Below are positions 1-8,631 of a stretch of 64,000 bases of DNA, piece by piece (positions within the stretch are counted from its first letter, which is position 1; every line of letters begins with the position of its first letter). Below the pieces are notes generated by a model. The model saw only the letters and a list, made by a program, of their open reading frames with translations, was not told the DNA's origin and did no database searches. Made by a program: the position numbers and the translations under genes. The stretch spans positions 41,847 to 105,846 of the forward strand of contig CAWDIV010000021.1 in assembly GCA_963802355.1 (NCBI GenBank), given 5' to 3'. The DNA is from an uncultured beta proteobacterium. Lineage in GTDB: Bacteria > Pseudomonadota > Gammaproteobacteria > Burkholderiales > SG8-41.

Positions 1-6
1 AGACGA

Positions 7-34
7 GTGATGGGTGACGGGTGACGAGTGATGG
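7..34 (+). repeat. Tandem GTGAYGR heptamer array (4 units; may continue upstream of the window)
   Basis: gtgatgg gtgacgg gtgacga gtgatgg read directly. Confidence 0.8.
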
Positions 35-373
35 TACCCAGGTTTTCAAGGCTTTTGAATTTGGGACCCGTGAGAGACGCCGAGCAGCGCAGACAGGGCC
101 GGTATGAGGCGGGAATTCGAAGAATGTGCCTGCGCACATTCGAGCCGGCGAATGCCCGACGCGATGCAGCGCGGAGGGCCGGCAAGGACTGTCGAACCAG
201 AGTGTCCGTATTCGAGTGACTCGGGGACCGTCCACAACACCGTACTGAGAAAGGCACGGTAAGTGAGTTCCGCAGCCGCCGGTCGTGGCGAGCAGCGGAG
301 GGGAGTGAAGTCTGAGGCCGGCTTCAGTCGGCCTCTCTTCACCGTCGAACCCGGGGCGCCCTTTTCTTTGGTC

Positions 374-641
374 GGAGCCTATCTCAGCGGCAGGCACGCG
401 TGCGACGGAGGCAATGTGGGATGCAGTTCGCGGAGGAGAGTCCGAAGCAATATGTCGATATTGCGAGGGCTCCCGACAAAGAAATGCGCCCAGATTGCCC
501 CGTCCCTCCGGGTTGCGGCCAGGACGTGCGCCTGCTTCGTTGCCCGGCTTGACCATATCGACATATGGCCTGCGCCGCGCGCCTCGCATCCATCCCGTCC
601 TGGCCACAACGCATCACGCGCCTGCCGCTGAGATAGGCTCC
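374..641. repeat. 268-nt structured repeat element, copy 1 (candidate ncRNA or hairpin-type mobile element)
   Basis: 22-bp perfect closing helix (374-395 with 620-641). Internal hairpins at 447-464, 499-512 and 553-568; 517-526 pairs with 596-605. Second copy at 25331-25598 in reverse orientation. Confidence 0.75.
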
Positions 642-846
642 ATTTCCTTTTGGGCGAGCAAAAGAAAGTCACCGGGACCGGAGCCGCCCTCCGGCCATGC
701 GCGACGCAGTCGCATAACTCTTACGTCGACTACCTCGGCGGGCTTTCGCGCGCCACCCGCGAAGCAGTCGCATTTCTCTTCCCCTCATGGGGAAGGGTTA
801 GGGTGGAGTCAGGGCCCCTGAGAGATGCCGAGCAGCATTAACTGCG

Positions 847-895
847 GTGATGAGTGACGGGTGCCCCGTGACCGGTGACTGCCGACTCGTGACTG
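847..895 (+). repeat. Tandem GTGAYGR-like heptamer array (7 units)
   Basis: gtgatga gtgacgg gtgcccc gtgaccg gtgactg ccgactc gtgactg; lies just 3' of the aldolase stop (908) on the opposite strand. Confidence 0.75.
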
Positions 896-907
896 GCGGC
901 CGTGCCG

Positions 908-1714
908 CTACGGCTTCTGCTCTCCCAGCGCTTTGCGCAGCTCAGTGGTTACCCGCGTTGCCTCGGCCGCGAGGAAAGCCATGTCGCTGTTGGTAGTGAG
1001 GAAGCGCACTCCCTTGCGGATGTATTCCATCTGGCGCGGGAGGTTCCGGTCGCCGCCCACGCCGGGTATCTTGCCATTGGCGACAGCAGCCTTGATCACG
1101 CGATCAAGGGCCGCCAGGGCCTCGGGATCGCCGAAGGCGCCGGGTTTGCCCATCGCAGTAAGCAGATCATTGGAGCCGACGTGGAGCACATCCACGCCGT
1201 CCACCTTCGCAATCTCCTCGACATTCTTCACGCCTTCGGGCGTCTCGATCATGCACACCACCAGGGTGCTGTCGTCGAGGGCGGACACCGCCTGCGCGAT
1301 CGGCACCGGCCGGTAGTCGAAGACCGTGTAGCTGCCCGACGCCGAGCGCTTGCCGACCGGGGGAAACTTCGCCCTGGCGACGGCGCGCCGTGCTTCGGCC
1401 GCGGTATTGACGTCCGGGAACACTATGCCCATCACGCCGTTGTCGAGCAGCACCTGTACGTCCTGGTCGTCCACGCTGCGCACACGGGCAAGCGGCGTGA
1501 TGCCGATGCCGAGCGCCACCTGCGCGATGTGCGCGGTAGTTTCCAGATCGTAGATCGCGTGCTGGCCGTCGATGAAGATGAAATCGTGACCGGTGGTCTT
1601 CGCGATACGGGCGATGTCGCCCGAGCGCCCCAGGCGCGCGATCATACCGAGCACTACCTTGCCCGCCTTCATCATCTCCTTCGCCAGATTTGGGGCGGAA
1701 ATCGCGTCAGCCAT
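908..1714 (-). CDS. HpcH/HpaI-family 2-keto-3-deoxy-acid aldolase
   Basis: 268-aa ORF with ATG start; typical HpcH/HpaI layout (DFIFIDGQH ... CMIETPEGV ... VLHVGSNDL). Confidence 0.85.
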   Translation of the reverse strand: MADAISAPNLAKEMMKAGKVVLGMIARLGRSGDIARIAKTTGHDFIFIDGQHAIYDLETTAHIAQVALGIGITPLARVRSVDDQDVQVLLDNGVMGIVFPDVNTAAEARRAVARAKFPPVGKRSASGSYTVFDYRPVPIAQAVSALDDSTLVVCMIETPEGVKNVEEIAKVDGVDVLHVGSNDLLTAMGKPGAFGDPEALAALDRVIKAAVANGKIPGVGGDRNLPRQMEYIRKGVRFLTTNSDMAFLAAEATRVTTELRKALGEQKP

Positions 1715-1770
1715 TGTATCATCTCCACAATGTGGTTACCGGGCATGAGGCATCATCCGGCAGGATACGA

Positions 1771-1923
1771 GTGTCGTGTGCCCAGTGTCGAGTCCCGGGA
1801 TTCGAGTGACGGGTGTCGGGTGTCGAGGGAAAACCGTGTCGCTTTGTTATTCCTCCACTCGACACTCACTCCTCGACACTCCCGGCTACCCTCGACCCTC
1901 GATACTCGACACTCTACACTCGG
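1771..1923. repeat. Imperfect long palindrome built from GTGTCGA/GTGACGG heptamers and their complements (CTCGACAC)
   Basis: Left arm 1771-1826 (8 heptamers), loop about 1827-1853, right arm 1854-1923; sits in the divergent region between the aldolase and MFS genes. Confidence 0.7.
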
Positions 1924-1926
1924 CAA

Positions 1927-3060
1927 GTGGCGATCCATCTCTCGCTGGCGCTGACCTTTCTCCTCTTCACCGGCTTGAACGTGGCCCGCATCGTGCTCAC
2001 GCTCTACGCGCTCGAGCTGGGTGCGCCGGCATCCGTGGTGGGCATGCTGGGCGGGCTGTTCTATCTGTTCGCCCTGTTGCTGTCGTGGCCGATCGGCGCC
2101 CTCGCCGACCGCGCCGGCGCGCGCCGCCTGCTGCTCTTCGCCGCCGCGTGCGGCGCGGGCGCCCTGGCGCTTCCGTACTTCGTTCGCACGCTGACGGCGT
2201 TCTACGTCGCCGCGTCGTTGAGCGGTCTCGCGTTGGCGTTCTTCCACGTCACGCTGCAAAACACCATCGGCCTCCTCTCCAAACCTGCCGACCGGCCGCG
2301 CAATTTCAGCAACTTCAGCCTGATCGGGGCCGTCACCAACTTCGTCGGTCCGCTAGTTGCCGGGGTCTCGATCGACCACGCAGGGCATGCGCTGGCGTGT
2401 CTTTATGGCGCATCGCTGTCACTGATAGCGCTGGTGCTCGTCCTGATCTGGGGCCGGTTGCTCCCGCCCGGCAACCCGCACGCGACGCATGGCATGGACG
2501 TCGGGCTCAGCACGCTCACCGACCGGACAGTGCTGCGCATGCTCGCCACGAGCGGGCTGGTGCAGCTCGGCACCGATCTCTTCCAGTTCTACATCCCGAT
2601 CTACGGGCATTCGATCGGCCTGTCGGCCTCGGCAATCGGTGCCGTCCTGGCGAGCTTCGCCATCGCGTCGTTCGCCGTGCGCCTGTTCCTCGCGCGCCTG
2701 ATCAAGCGGGTACCGGGCGAAACCCTCCTCGCCGGGTCGTTTTACCTCGGCATGGTCGGATTCGCGCTGGTGCCGTTCTGCAAGGATCCGCTGACGCTCT
2801 CCGCAATTTCGTTTTTCTTCGGTCTCGGCATGGGCATCAGCATGCCGCTCACGGTGATACTCATGTACGAGCGCATCGTCGAAGGGCGCGCGGGCCAGAC
2901 GCTCGGCCTGCGGTTGACGGCCAACAACCTCGTACGCGTGGTGGGACCGATCGTTTTCGGTGCGGTGGGCTCGGCGCTGGGACTGCCTGCCGTGTTCTGG
3001 ATCAATGCGGCGATGATGGCCGGGGGCGGGCTGCTTTCGCGCTCCCGCGAGAAGAAGTGA
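1927..3060 (+). CDS. MFS transporter
   Basis: About 12 predicted TM segments and a DRAGARR-type loop after TM2. The ORF track starts at 1813, but 1813-1926 is the heptamer palindrome, so the GTG at 1927 is preferred. Confidence 0.75.
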   Translation: MAIHLSLALTFLLFTGLNVARIVLTLYALELGAPASVVGMLGGLFYLFALLLSWPIGALADRAGARRLLLFAAACGAGALALPYFVRTLTAFYVAASLSGLALAFFHVTLQNTIGLLSKPADRPRNFSNFSLIGAVTNFVGPLVAGVSIDHAGHALACLYGASLSLIALVLVLIWGRLLPPGNPHATHGMDVGLSTLTDRTVLRMLATSGLVQLGTDLFQFYIPIYGHSIGLSASAIGAVLASFAIASFAVRLFLARLIKRVPGETLLAGSFYLGMVGFALVPFCKDPLTLSAISFFFGLGMGISMPLTVILMYERIVEGRAGQTLGLRLTANNLVRVVGPIVFGAVGSALGLPAVFWINAAMMAGGGLLSRSREKK

Positions 3061-3840
3061 CTAGTTTTTATAGGACGGATCCATCTTGTCGAGCATGCGC
3101 AGGTGCGCCTTCCACTCTGGTTGCCTCGCCTTGTACGGCAGCGCCTTGAACTGAGCGGCCGTTTTCTCCGCTACGGCGGGAGCCGGAATCCGGAGCTTTG
3201 CGCCGCCCGCCATCGCGTTCACCTGCGTCTGGCATGCGCGCTCCAGGTAATACATGTAGTCGAAGGTCTCGTAGATGGATGAGCCGCACACCAGCAGCCC
3301 GTGATTGCGCAGGATCATCGCCTTGTGGCTGCCGAGATCGCGCGTGAGCCTGGCCTGCTCGTCGAGATCGAGCGCCAGCCCCTCGTAATCGTGATAGGCG
3401 AGAATGTTCGTGAATCGCATCGCGTGCTGGGACAGGGGCAGCAGCCCCTGTTCCTGGGCCGACACAGCGATGCCGGCAGCCGTATGCGTATGCATGACGC
3501 ACGCGACGTCGGGCCGCGCGCGGTGCACGGCGCTGTGTATCACGTAACCGGCCCGGTTGAAACCGTAGCCGGTCGGGTCCTCGACGATCTCTCCGTCGAG
3601 CGTGACCTTGACCAGCGTGGATGCGCTGATCTCGTCCCATAGCTGGCCGAACGCGTTGATGAGGAAATGATGCTCGGGGCCGGGCACGCGCGCCGAGATA
3701 TGCGTATAGATCAGATCGGTCATGCGAAAGTGGGCGGCGAGGCGGTAACACGCGGCGAGATTCACGCGCATTTCCCACTCCTCCGCGCTCACGCGCTCAC
3801 GCAGTGGTGACTTTGCCAGCTTGCGAACTTTGGTATCCAT
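3061..3840 (-). CDS. Class II aldolase/adducin-domain protein
   Basis: 259 aa from MDTKVRKL; His-rich metal site (VMHTHT) and the LRNHG motif. The longer 344-aa ORF overlaps the next gene and is rejected. Confidence 0.85.
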   Translation of the reverse strand: MDTKVRKLAKSPLRERVSAEEWEMRVNLAACYRLAAHFRMTDLIYTHISARVPGPEHHFLINAFGQLWDEISASTLVKVTLDGEIVEDPTGYGFNRAGYVIHSAVHRARPDVACVMHTHTAAGIAVSAQEQGLLPLSQHAMRFTNILAYHDYEGLALDLDEQARLTRDLGSHKAMILRNHGLLVCGSSIYETFDYMYYLERACQTQVNAMAGGAKLRIPAPAVAEKTAAQFKALPYKARQPEWKAHLRMLDKMDPSYKN

Positions 3841-3872
3841 GTCTGTGTGTTCCTCTAAGAGGCAGTGTCGAA

Positions 3873-4841
3873 TCATTCGGCCCGCACGCCCGAGGCACTG
3901 ATCACCTTTGCCCATTTCGGGATTTCGTCCTTGATCCGCGCGGCGAATTGCTCCGGAGTGCTGTAGAACGTGTCGACGCCCTGGCTCGCGAGCTTCTCGA
4001 CGACGTCGGGCTGTCGCAGCGCCTTCCCGAATTCGCCATTGAAACGCTGGACGATGGCCGCCGGTGTCTTGCCCGGCGCGATCACGCCGTACCACAGCGA
4101 GGATTCATAGCCCGGCACCCCCGCTTCCCCTATGGTGGGCACGTCGGACAGCGCTGGCGAACGCTTGGCCGAAGTGATGCCGTAGATGCGCAGCTTTCCC
4201 GCGCGGACGTGAGGCAGCGTGTTGAGCATGGACGAAAACATCAAAGGGACATGACCGCCGAGGAGGTCGGTGACGGCCTGGGCTGTACCCTTATAGGCGA
4301 TGTGCACGAGCTCGGTCCGCGTCATCATCGTAAAGAGGATCCCGGCCAGATGCCCGACCGAGCCCTGGCCCGAACTGGAATAGCTGAAAGAGCCGGGTTT
4401 GGCCTTGGCGAGCGCGATCAGCTCCTTGACCGTGTTCGCCGGCACGGACGGGTGTGAGACCAGCATCTGCGGCGACAGGGCGATGAGGGCGACCGGCGCG
4501 AAATCCCGCTCCGTATCGTAAGGCAGCTTGCGATAGAAGCTCGGGTTGGTGACGAAGCTGGTGGGCAGCAGGATGATGGTGTGCCCGTCAGGCGCAGATT
4601 TGGCGGTTATCTCGGTGCCGACTATCGTGTTGGCGCCCGGCCGATTGTCCACGATGACACGATGTCCGAGACCGTCGCCCACCTTGTCGGCGAGTATGCG
4701 TGCCAGCGTGTCGTTGCCCCCGCCCGGCGGATACGGCGAGATGAACCGTATGGGGCGACTGGAAAGCTGCTGAGCGTGGGCCGACATGGCTGCCGCGGCG
4801 CAGCAGAACAGCATCAGAGATGCGGCAGCCGCCTTGTTCAC
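3873..4841 (-). CDS. Bug/TctC-family tripartite tricarboxylate transporter substrate-binding protein
   Basis: Signal peptide, then RPIRFISPYPPGGGNDTLARI and the C-terminal EIPKWAKVI motif; GTG start 5 nt after AAGGAGG. Confidence 0.88.
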   Translation of the reverse strand: MNKAAAASLMLFCCAAAAMSAHAQQLSSRPIRFISPYPPGGGNDTLARILADKVGDGLGHRVIVDNRPGANTIVGTEITAKSAPDGHTIILLPTSFVTNPSFYRKLPYDTERDFAPVALIALSPQMLVSHPSVPANTVKELIALAKAKPGSFSYSSSGQGSVGHLAGILFTMMTRTELVHIAYKGTAQAVTDLLGGHVPLMFSSMLNTLPHVRAGKLRIYGITSAKRSPALSDVPTIGEAGVPGYESSLWYGVIAPGKTPAAIVQRFNGEFGKALRQPDVVEKLASQGVDTFYSTPEQFAARIKDEIPKWAKVISASGVRAE

Positions 4842-4957
4842 CAAGTCCTCCTTAGGTCTGCATCTGGACAAGCCTGAAACTTACCCCACTTGTCGCGCCG
4901 GTTCAAACGAGTCTCAACATATAATCCTGTCTGATTTGACCGGTCCGAAGCGAAACA

Positions 4958-5923
4958 ATGAATGTCGCGGTACGCCTCCTTGCGGTGATGTTGTGCGCGA
5001 CAGCACTGAATGCAGGCGCGGCCGAGAGCTATCCCTCGCGCCCGGTGCGCATGATCATCCCCAGCGGCGCGGGCGGCATCACCGACATCCTCGGACGCTT
5101 CCTGGCGCAAAAGCTGAGCGACAGCGTCGGCCAGCAGGTCGTCATCGACAACCGTCCCGGCGCCAGCGGCATCGTCGGCTCGCACATCGTCGCCAAGTCC
5201 GCGCCGGACGGCTACACGCTGCTGATGGTGTTTCCTTCGCACCCGGTCAACCAGAGCCTGTTTCGCGACATTCCCTACGACACGGTCACGGCGTTCGCGC
5301 CCATCACCATGGTAAGCGAGGTGTGGCCGGTGCTCATCGTGAGCACCCAGTTTCCTGCGAAATCCGTCGCTGAACTGATTGCCATCGCGAAAGAGAAGCC
5401 GGGACAGTTGAACCATGGCGGCGTCGGCCCTACTAGCATGGGATCGCTCGGGGCGGAATTGTTCCGCTCGATGGCGGGCATCCGGATCACCCACATCACC
5501 TACAAGGGAGCGCCGCAGGCGCTGACGGCCCTGCTCTCCGGCGAGATTCACTTCTACCTGATCGGCTCCGCCGGCACGGTCGTTCCCCACGCGAAGGCCG
5601 GCCGGATCAGGGCCCTCGGCGTCGGCGGGAAGCGGCGCGTCGCCGTGCTGCCCGACGTGCCGCCGATCTCGGACACGCTGCCGGGCTACGAGGCGCGCGG
5701 CTGGAACGGCATCCTGGCGCCGGCGGGCACGCCCAAGCCCGTGGTCGACCGCCTGCACCGGGAAATCGTGAAAGTCGTGCGCTCGCCGGAATTCGGCCAG
5801 CTGATGACCGGCGAAGGCGCCGCCCCGGTGGGCAACACGCCGGCAGAATTCGACGCGATCATCCGCGCCGACATCAAGAAATGGGCGGTGATCATCAAGG
5901 AAGCGGGGATCAAGGGCGAGTGA
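4958..5923 (+). CDS. Bug/TctC-family substrate-binding protein
   Basis: 321 aa; signal peptide, RPVRMIIPSGAGGITDILGR, C-terminal DIKKWAVIIKEAGI. Confidence 0.9.
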   Translation: MNVAVRLLAVMLCATALNAGAAESYPSRPVRMIIPSGAGGITDILGRFLAQKLSDSVGQQVVIDNRPGASGIVGSHIVAKSAPDGYTLLMVFPSHPVNQSLFRDIPYDTVTAFAPITMVSEVWPVLIVSTQFPAKSVAELIAIAKEKPGQLNHGGVGPTSMGSLGAELFRSMAGIRITHITYKGAPQALTALLSGEIHFYLIGSAGTVVPHAKAGRIRALGVGGKRRVAVLPDVPPISDTLPGYEARGWNGILAPAGTPKPVVDRLHREIVKVVRSPEFGQLMTGEGAAPVGNTPAEFDAIIRADIKKWAVIIKEAGIKGE

Positions 5924-5942
5924 TGGGCGACGAAGGGTCGAA

Positions 5943-7287
5943 TTACCGCTTCGCCAGCAAATCCAGCACCGGCCGGATGCTGGACAGGGTCTCGATCTCC
6001 TGCAGCATCTTCGCCGTTTCCTTCGCCACTTTCTCTCCGATTACTTCCGACGCATTGCGGATGTACTTCTCGACGACTGTACGCCGGCGGAACCCGCCGC
6101 TTGGCATCGCCGAGCGGTATTTCGATGGGCTGCTCGATCGTCTTCCCCTTCGCCTCGATCACCAACACTCCTAGCGGCCCCTTCTCGCTCGACGCCGGAT
6201 CTTCCAGGGTCTTGAACTTCCCGAGGTGGCGCGTCACCTCCGGCCGGTTGAACGCCTCGTTCGAGAAAGTCTTCTTGACCACTTCTCCGTCGAGGATCGC
6301 GCACGCCACGGGGTACTCGTACCCGAACTTGCCGGAGAATTCCCCCGTGGGCCGAACCCGGAAATAGGGCTGCAGGTGCGGTACGCGTATGTCTACTGAC
6401 GTGAGGTCCGCGAGTTTCAGGCCGGTCTGCTCGCGAAACCGCAGTGCGGCGTCGATGGCGCCCTGGGCGATGTACCCGCAGGGGTATTTTTTCAATCGCC
6501 AGGTATCCGCGATGTGCCAATGTCCGAGACCCGCCGTCGCCTTGCCGACATCCACACCCTCCATGCGGTTCGCCGCGACGACAGCCTGAATGTAGCCTAG
6601 CGGCGCATCGAGAGCGTCGGGGTTCGCCTCGAATCCGTTGGCGGCCAGTTCCGCCGCCATCACGCCGGCCTGAGAAGCAATGCCGCCATGCAGCGGCTTG
6701 GTGTGGGTCCCGAAATTGCCGGTGATCCCGCCCGCTTGCGAGGCCGCGATGCCCCACGCATGGCGCTGCTGCGACGCGCCGAGACCCAGCAGCCTGCCGG
6801 ACACGGTGGCGGAGGTAAGAGGCCCGAACATGGCCGTGCTGTGCAAGCCGTGGAACTGGTCGGCGCGGCGGGGGACGATGCGCGATAGCGCTTCGCCGAC
6901 CTCGTAGCCCGCGATGTATGCCTCGAGGAGGTCACGGCCGCTCCGGTTTTGCGTTTCGCCGGTAGCCAGCATCGCCGGCACCAGCACCACGCTCGGATGC
7001 CCGAAGCTGGAGCAGTCGTCGAAGTCCAGCGTGTGCCCCAGGGTCCCGTTGACCAGCGCTGCCAGCCACGTGGATGTTTTTCTGGGATTACCCAGCACCG
7101 TCGCCTCGTTGGCGGTGCACCGGTTGACCATGTCCTGCACCTTGACCCCCGGGTCCTCGCCCACGCCGGCCAGGGCGACGCCGACCTGGTCGAGAATGGC
7201 CAGTTTCGCAACTTCGATATCCCGCTGGGGAACCTTGTCCAGCATTACGCTCTTCACGTATTCCGCTAAAGTCTGTCCGAATTCCAC
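5943..7287 (-). pseudogene. MmgE/PrpD-family dehydratase, reading frame broken once near 6093
   Basis: The N-terminal 400 aa are typical MmgE/PrpD. The family-typical C-terminus (TVVEKYIRNASEVIGEKVAKETAKMLQEIETLSSIRPVLDLLAKR, stop at 5943-5945) lies in the +1 frame. The open frame instead runs antisense into the neighbouring Bug gene. Confidence 0.8.
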
Positions 7288-7617
7288 GCCTCATCTCCCT
7301 TTCCCGGTGCCTTCCGTTGCTGTTAGGTTAGTGTTGGGTACTTGTTTATCGCAAGCTCTGAGGAAAAAAGCGGCCAGAACGCCTGACGCACCCCATAAGA
7401 CTTAGACCTTCGGATAGCGCCGCTGCCCAATCCGCAGCTGGGATTTTACTAGGGCATCGCGAAGGTTAAAGTAAAAGCCTCGACCTCCGGACGTGAGGGC
7501 GCCGCGAATTCGGCACACAGAACTTGCGGAGAATGAGTCTACCGCAGCGCGCAGCGGCGCGGCGTCGCGTACGCCGTGGGGGGTAGAATTACAAGCGCCT
7601 GAATTTGGAAGTTCCCG

Positions 7618-7645
7618 CTCACTGCTCACCGCTTACTGCTCACAG
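7618..7645 (-). repeat. Heptamer array (ctcactg ctcaccg cttactg ctcacag = GTGAGCR units on the minus strand)
   Basis: Four tandem 7-mers ending 10 nt before the hydrolase start codon. Confidence 0.7.
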
Positions 7646-7655
7646 AGAAAGAATC

Positions 7656-8447
7656 ATGCCGCATCTCGAGCTACCCGGCTTCAAGCTGTTCTACAAGATC
7701 GACGATCACTCCGATCCATGGACACGTCCGGAAATAGTCGTCTTCGTGCACGGTTTCACCGAGAACACCGAGGCGTGGCGCGCGTGGGTTCCGCACTTCT
7801 CCCGCCGCTACCGCATGATTCGCTACGATCAGCGGGGATTCGGGCGATCGGGAGCGGTAGCCAAGGATTTTCCGCTCACTACTGAGGTCATCGTCGGCGA
7901 CATCGTTGCCGTCATCGAGCAGCTCGCGGTGGGAGAACCCGTGCACGTCGTGGGCGGGAAGAGCGGCGGCATCCCCGTCATGATGCTCGCGGTGTCTCAC
8001 CCCGAGCTTGTAAAAACGATCACGGTATCCTGCTCTCCCGTCACGCCGCCACAAGCCGCCGGCTGGCTCGAGGAAATGGAACGCGACGGCATGCGCAGCT
8101 GGGCGAAACGGACCCAGCGCGACCGCATGGGAAGCAGGATGCCCGAGGCCGGCATCGATTGGTGGTCGGACATGATGGGCGCAACCGCCGTGTCGACCGC
8201 GTACGCTTACCTGCGTTGGGTCGGCGCGATCGATATCCGTGAAGACATCAAGCGCATCAAGTGCCCGACGCTCGTCATTGGCACCGATACGCCGCGCCGC
8301 GGCAAAGCCGAGTTCGAATCCTGGCAGAAAACGATACCCGGCTCGGAGCTCGCCATCATCCCGGTCGACGGCTATCACGCCGCCGGCACGGCACCGGACG
8401 AAACCGCAACGGTAACGCTGGACTTCATTGCGCGGCATGCGCCGTGA
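7656..8447 (+). CDS. Alpha/beta-fold hydrolase
   Basis: 263 aa from MPHLELPG; HGF oxyanion motif, and a GGKSGG motif at the expected nucleophile-elbow position; purine-rich tract (gagaaag) upstream. Confidence 0.8.
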   Translation: MPHLELPGFKLFYKIDDHSDPWTRPEIVVFVHGFTENTEAWRAWVPHFSRRYRMIRYDQRGFGRSGAVAKDFPLTTEVIVGDIVAVIEQLAVGEPVHVVGGKSGGIPVMMLAVSHPELVKTITVSCSPVTPPQAAGWLEEMERDGMRSWAKRTQRDRMGSRMPEAGIDWWSDMMGATAVSTAYAYLRWVGAIDIREDIKRIKCPTLVIGTDTPRRGKAEFESWQKTIPGSELAIIPVDGYHAAGTAPDETATVTLDFIARHAP

Positions 8448-8474
8448 TGGCTTCGTGGCATACTGAACGCCCAA

Positions 8475-8501
8475 CTATCGAGCTTTACGTAACTTCGTTA
8501 C
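8475..8501 (+). repeat. 27-nt conserved intergenic motif, copy 1 (ctatcgagctttacgtaacttcgttac)
   Basis: Matches 59964-59990 at 26 of 27 positions; contains the palindrome GTAAC-TTC-GTTAC. Confidence 0.7.
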
Positions 8502-8631
8502 ATCGCTCGACCCCTCACCCCCAACTCTTCTCCCGAGGGGCGAGGGAAGCGTCGAGCGAGTCCGGATTTGTCATCCGGTTTCGAATGATCAGTAAGAAGC
8601 ATGGATGATGGTCTGCCCGAGGAGGGAACAC

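Noticed and set aside
431-446. GGAGGAGAGTCCGAAGC resembles the RNase P RNA P4 string GAGGAAAGUCCGGGC
   Set aside because: The match is only partial. The element is too short for RNase P RNA, lacks the 3' P4 partner (ACAGAACCCGGCUUA-like), and is present twice.
384-617. 77-aa ORF conserved in length and start in both copies of the 268-nt element (also 25355-25588)
   Set aside because: All reading frames on both strands are open across the element in both copies. The peptide is Arg/Gly/Cys-rich, and about a fifth of residues differ with no conservative pattern. Nucleotide changes track base-pairing, not codon position.
902-1954. 350-aa ORF on the plus strand
   Set aside because: It runs antisense to the well-supported HpcH/HpaI aldolase gene and then through the heptamer palindrome. 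The translation is Arg/His/Gly-rich and matches no family pattern; it is a typical shadow ORF of GC-rich DNA.
5686-5942. C-terminal 85 or so residues of the 533-aa prpD-like ORF
   Set aside because: This tail is antisense to the Bug gene at 4958-5923 and unlike MmgE/PrpD proteins. The family-typical C-terminus is found in the +1 frame and ends at 5943.
8312-8321. GTTCGAATCC, a T-loop-like decamer
   Set aside because: It lies inside the alpha/beta hydrolase CDS (codes ...AEFESW...) and has no surrounding cloverleaf.
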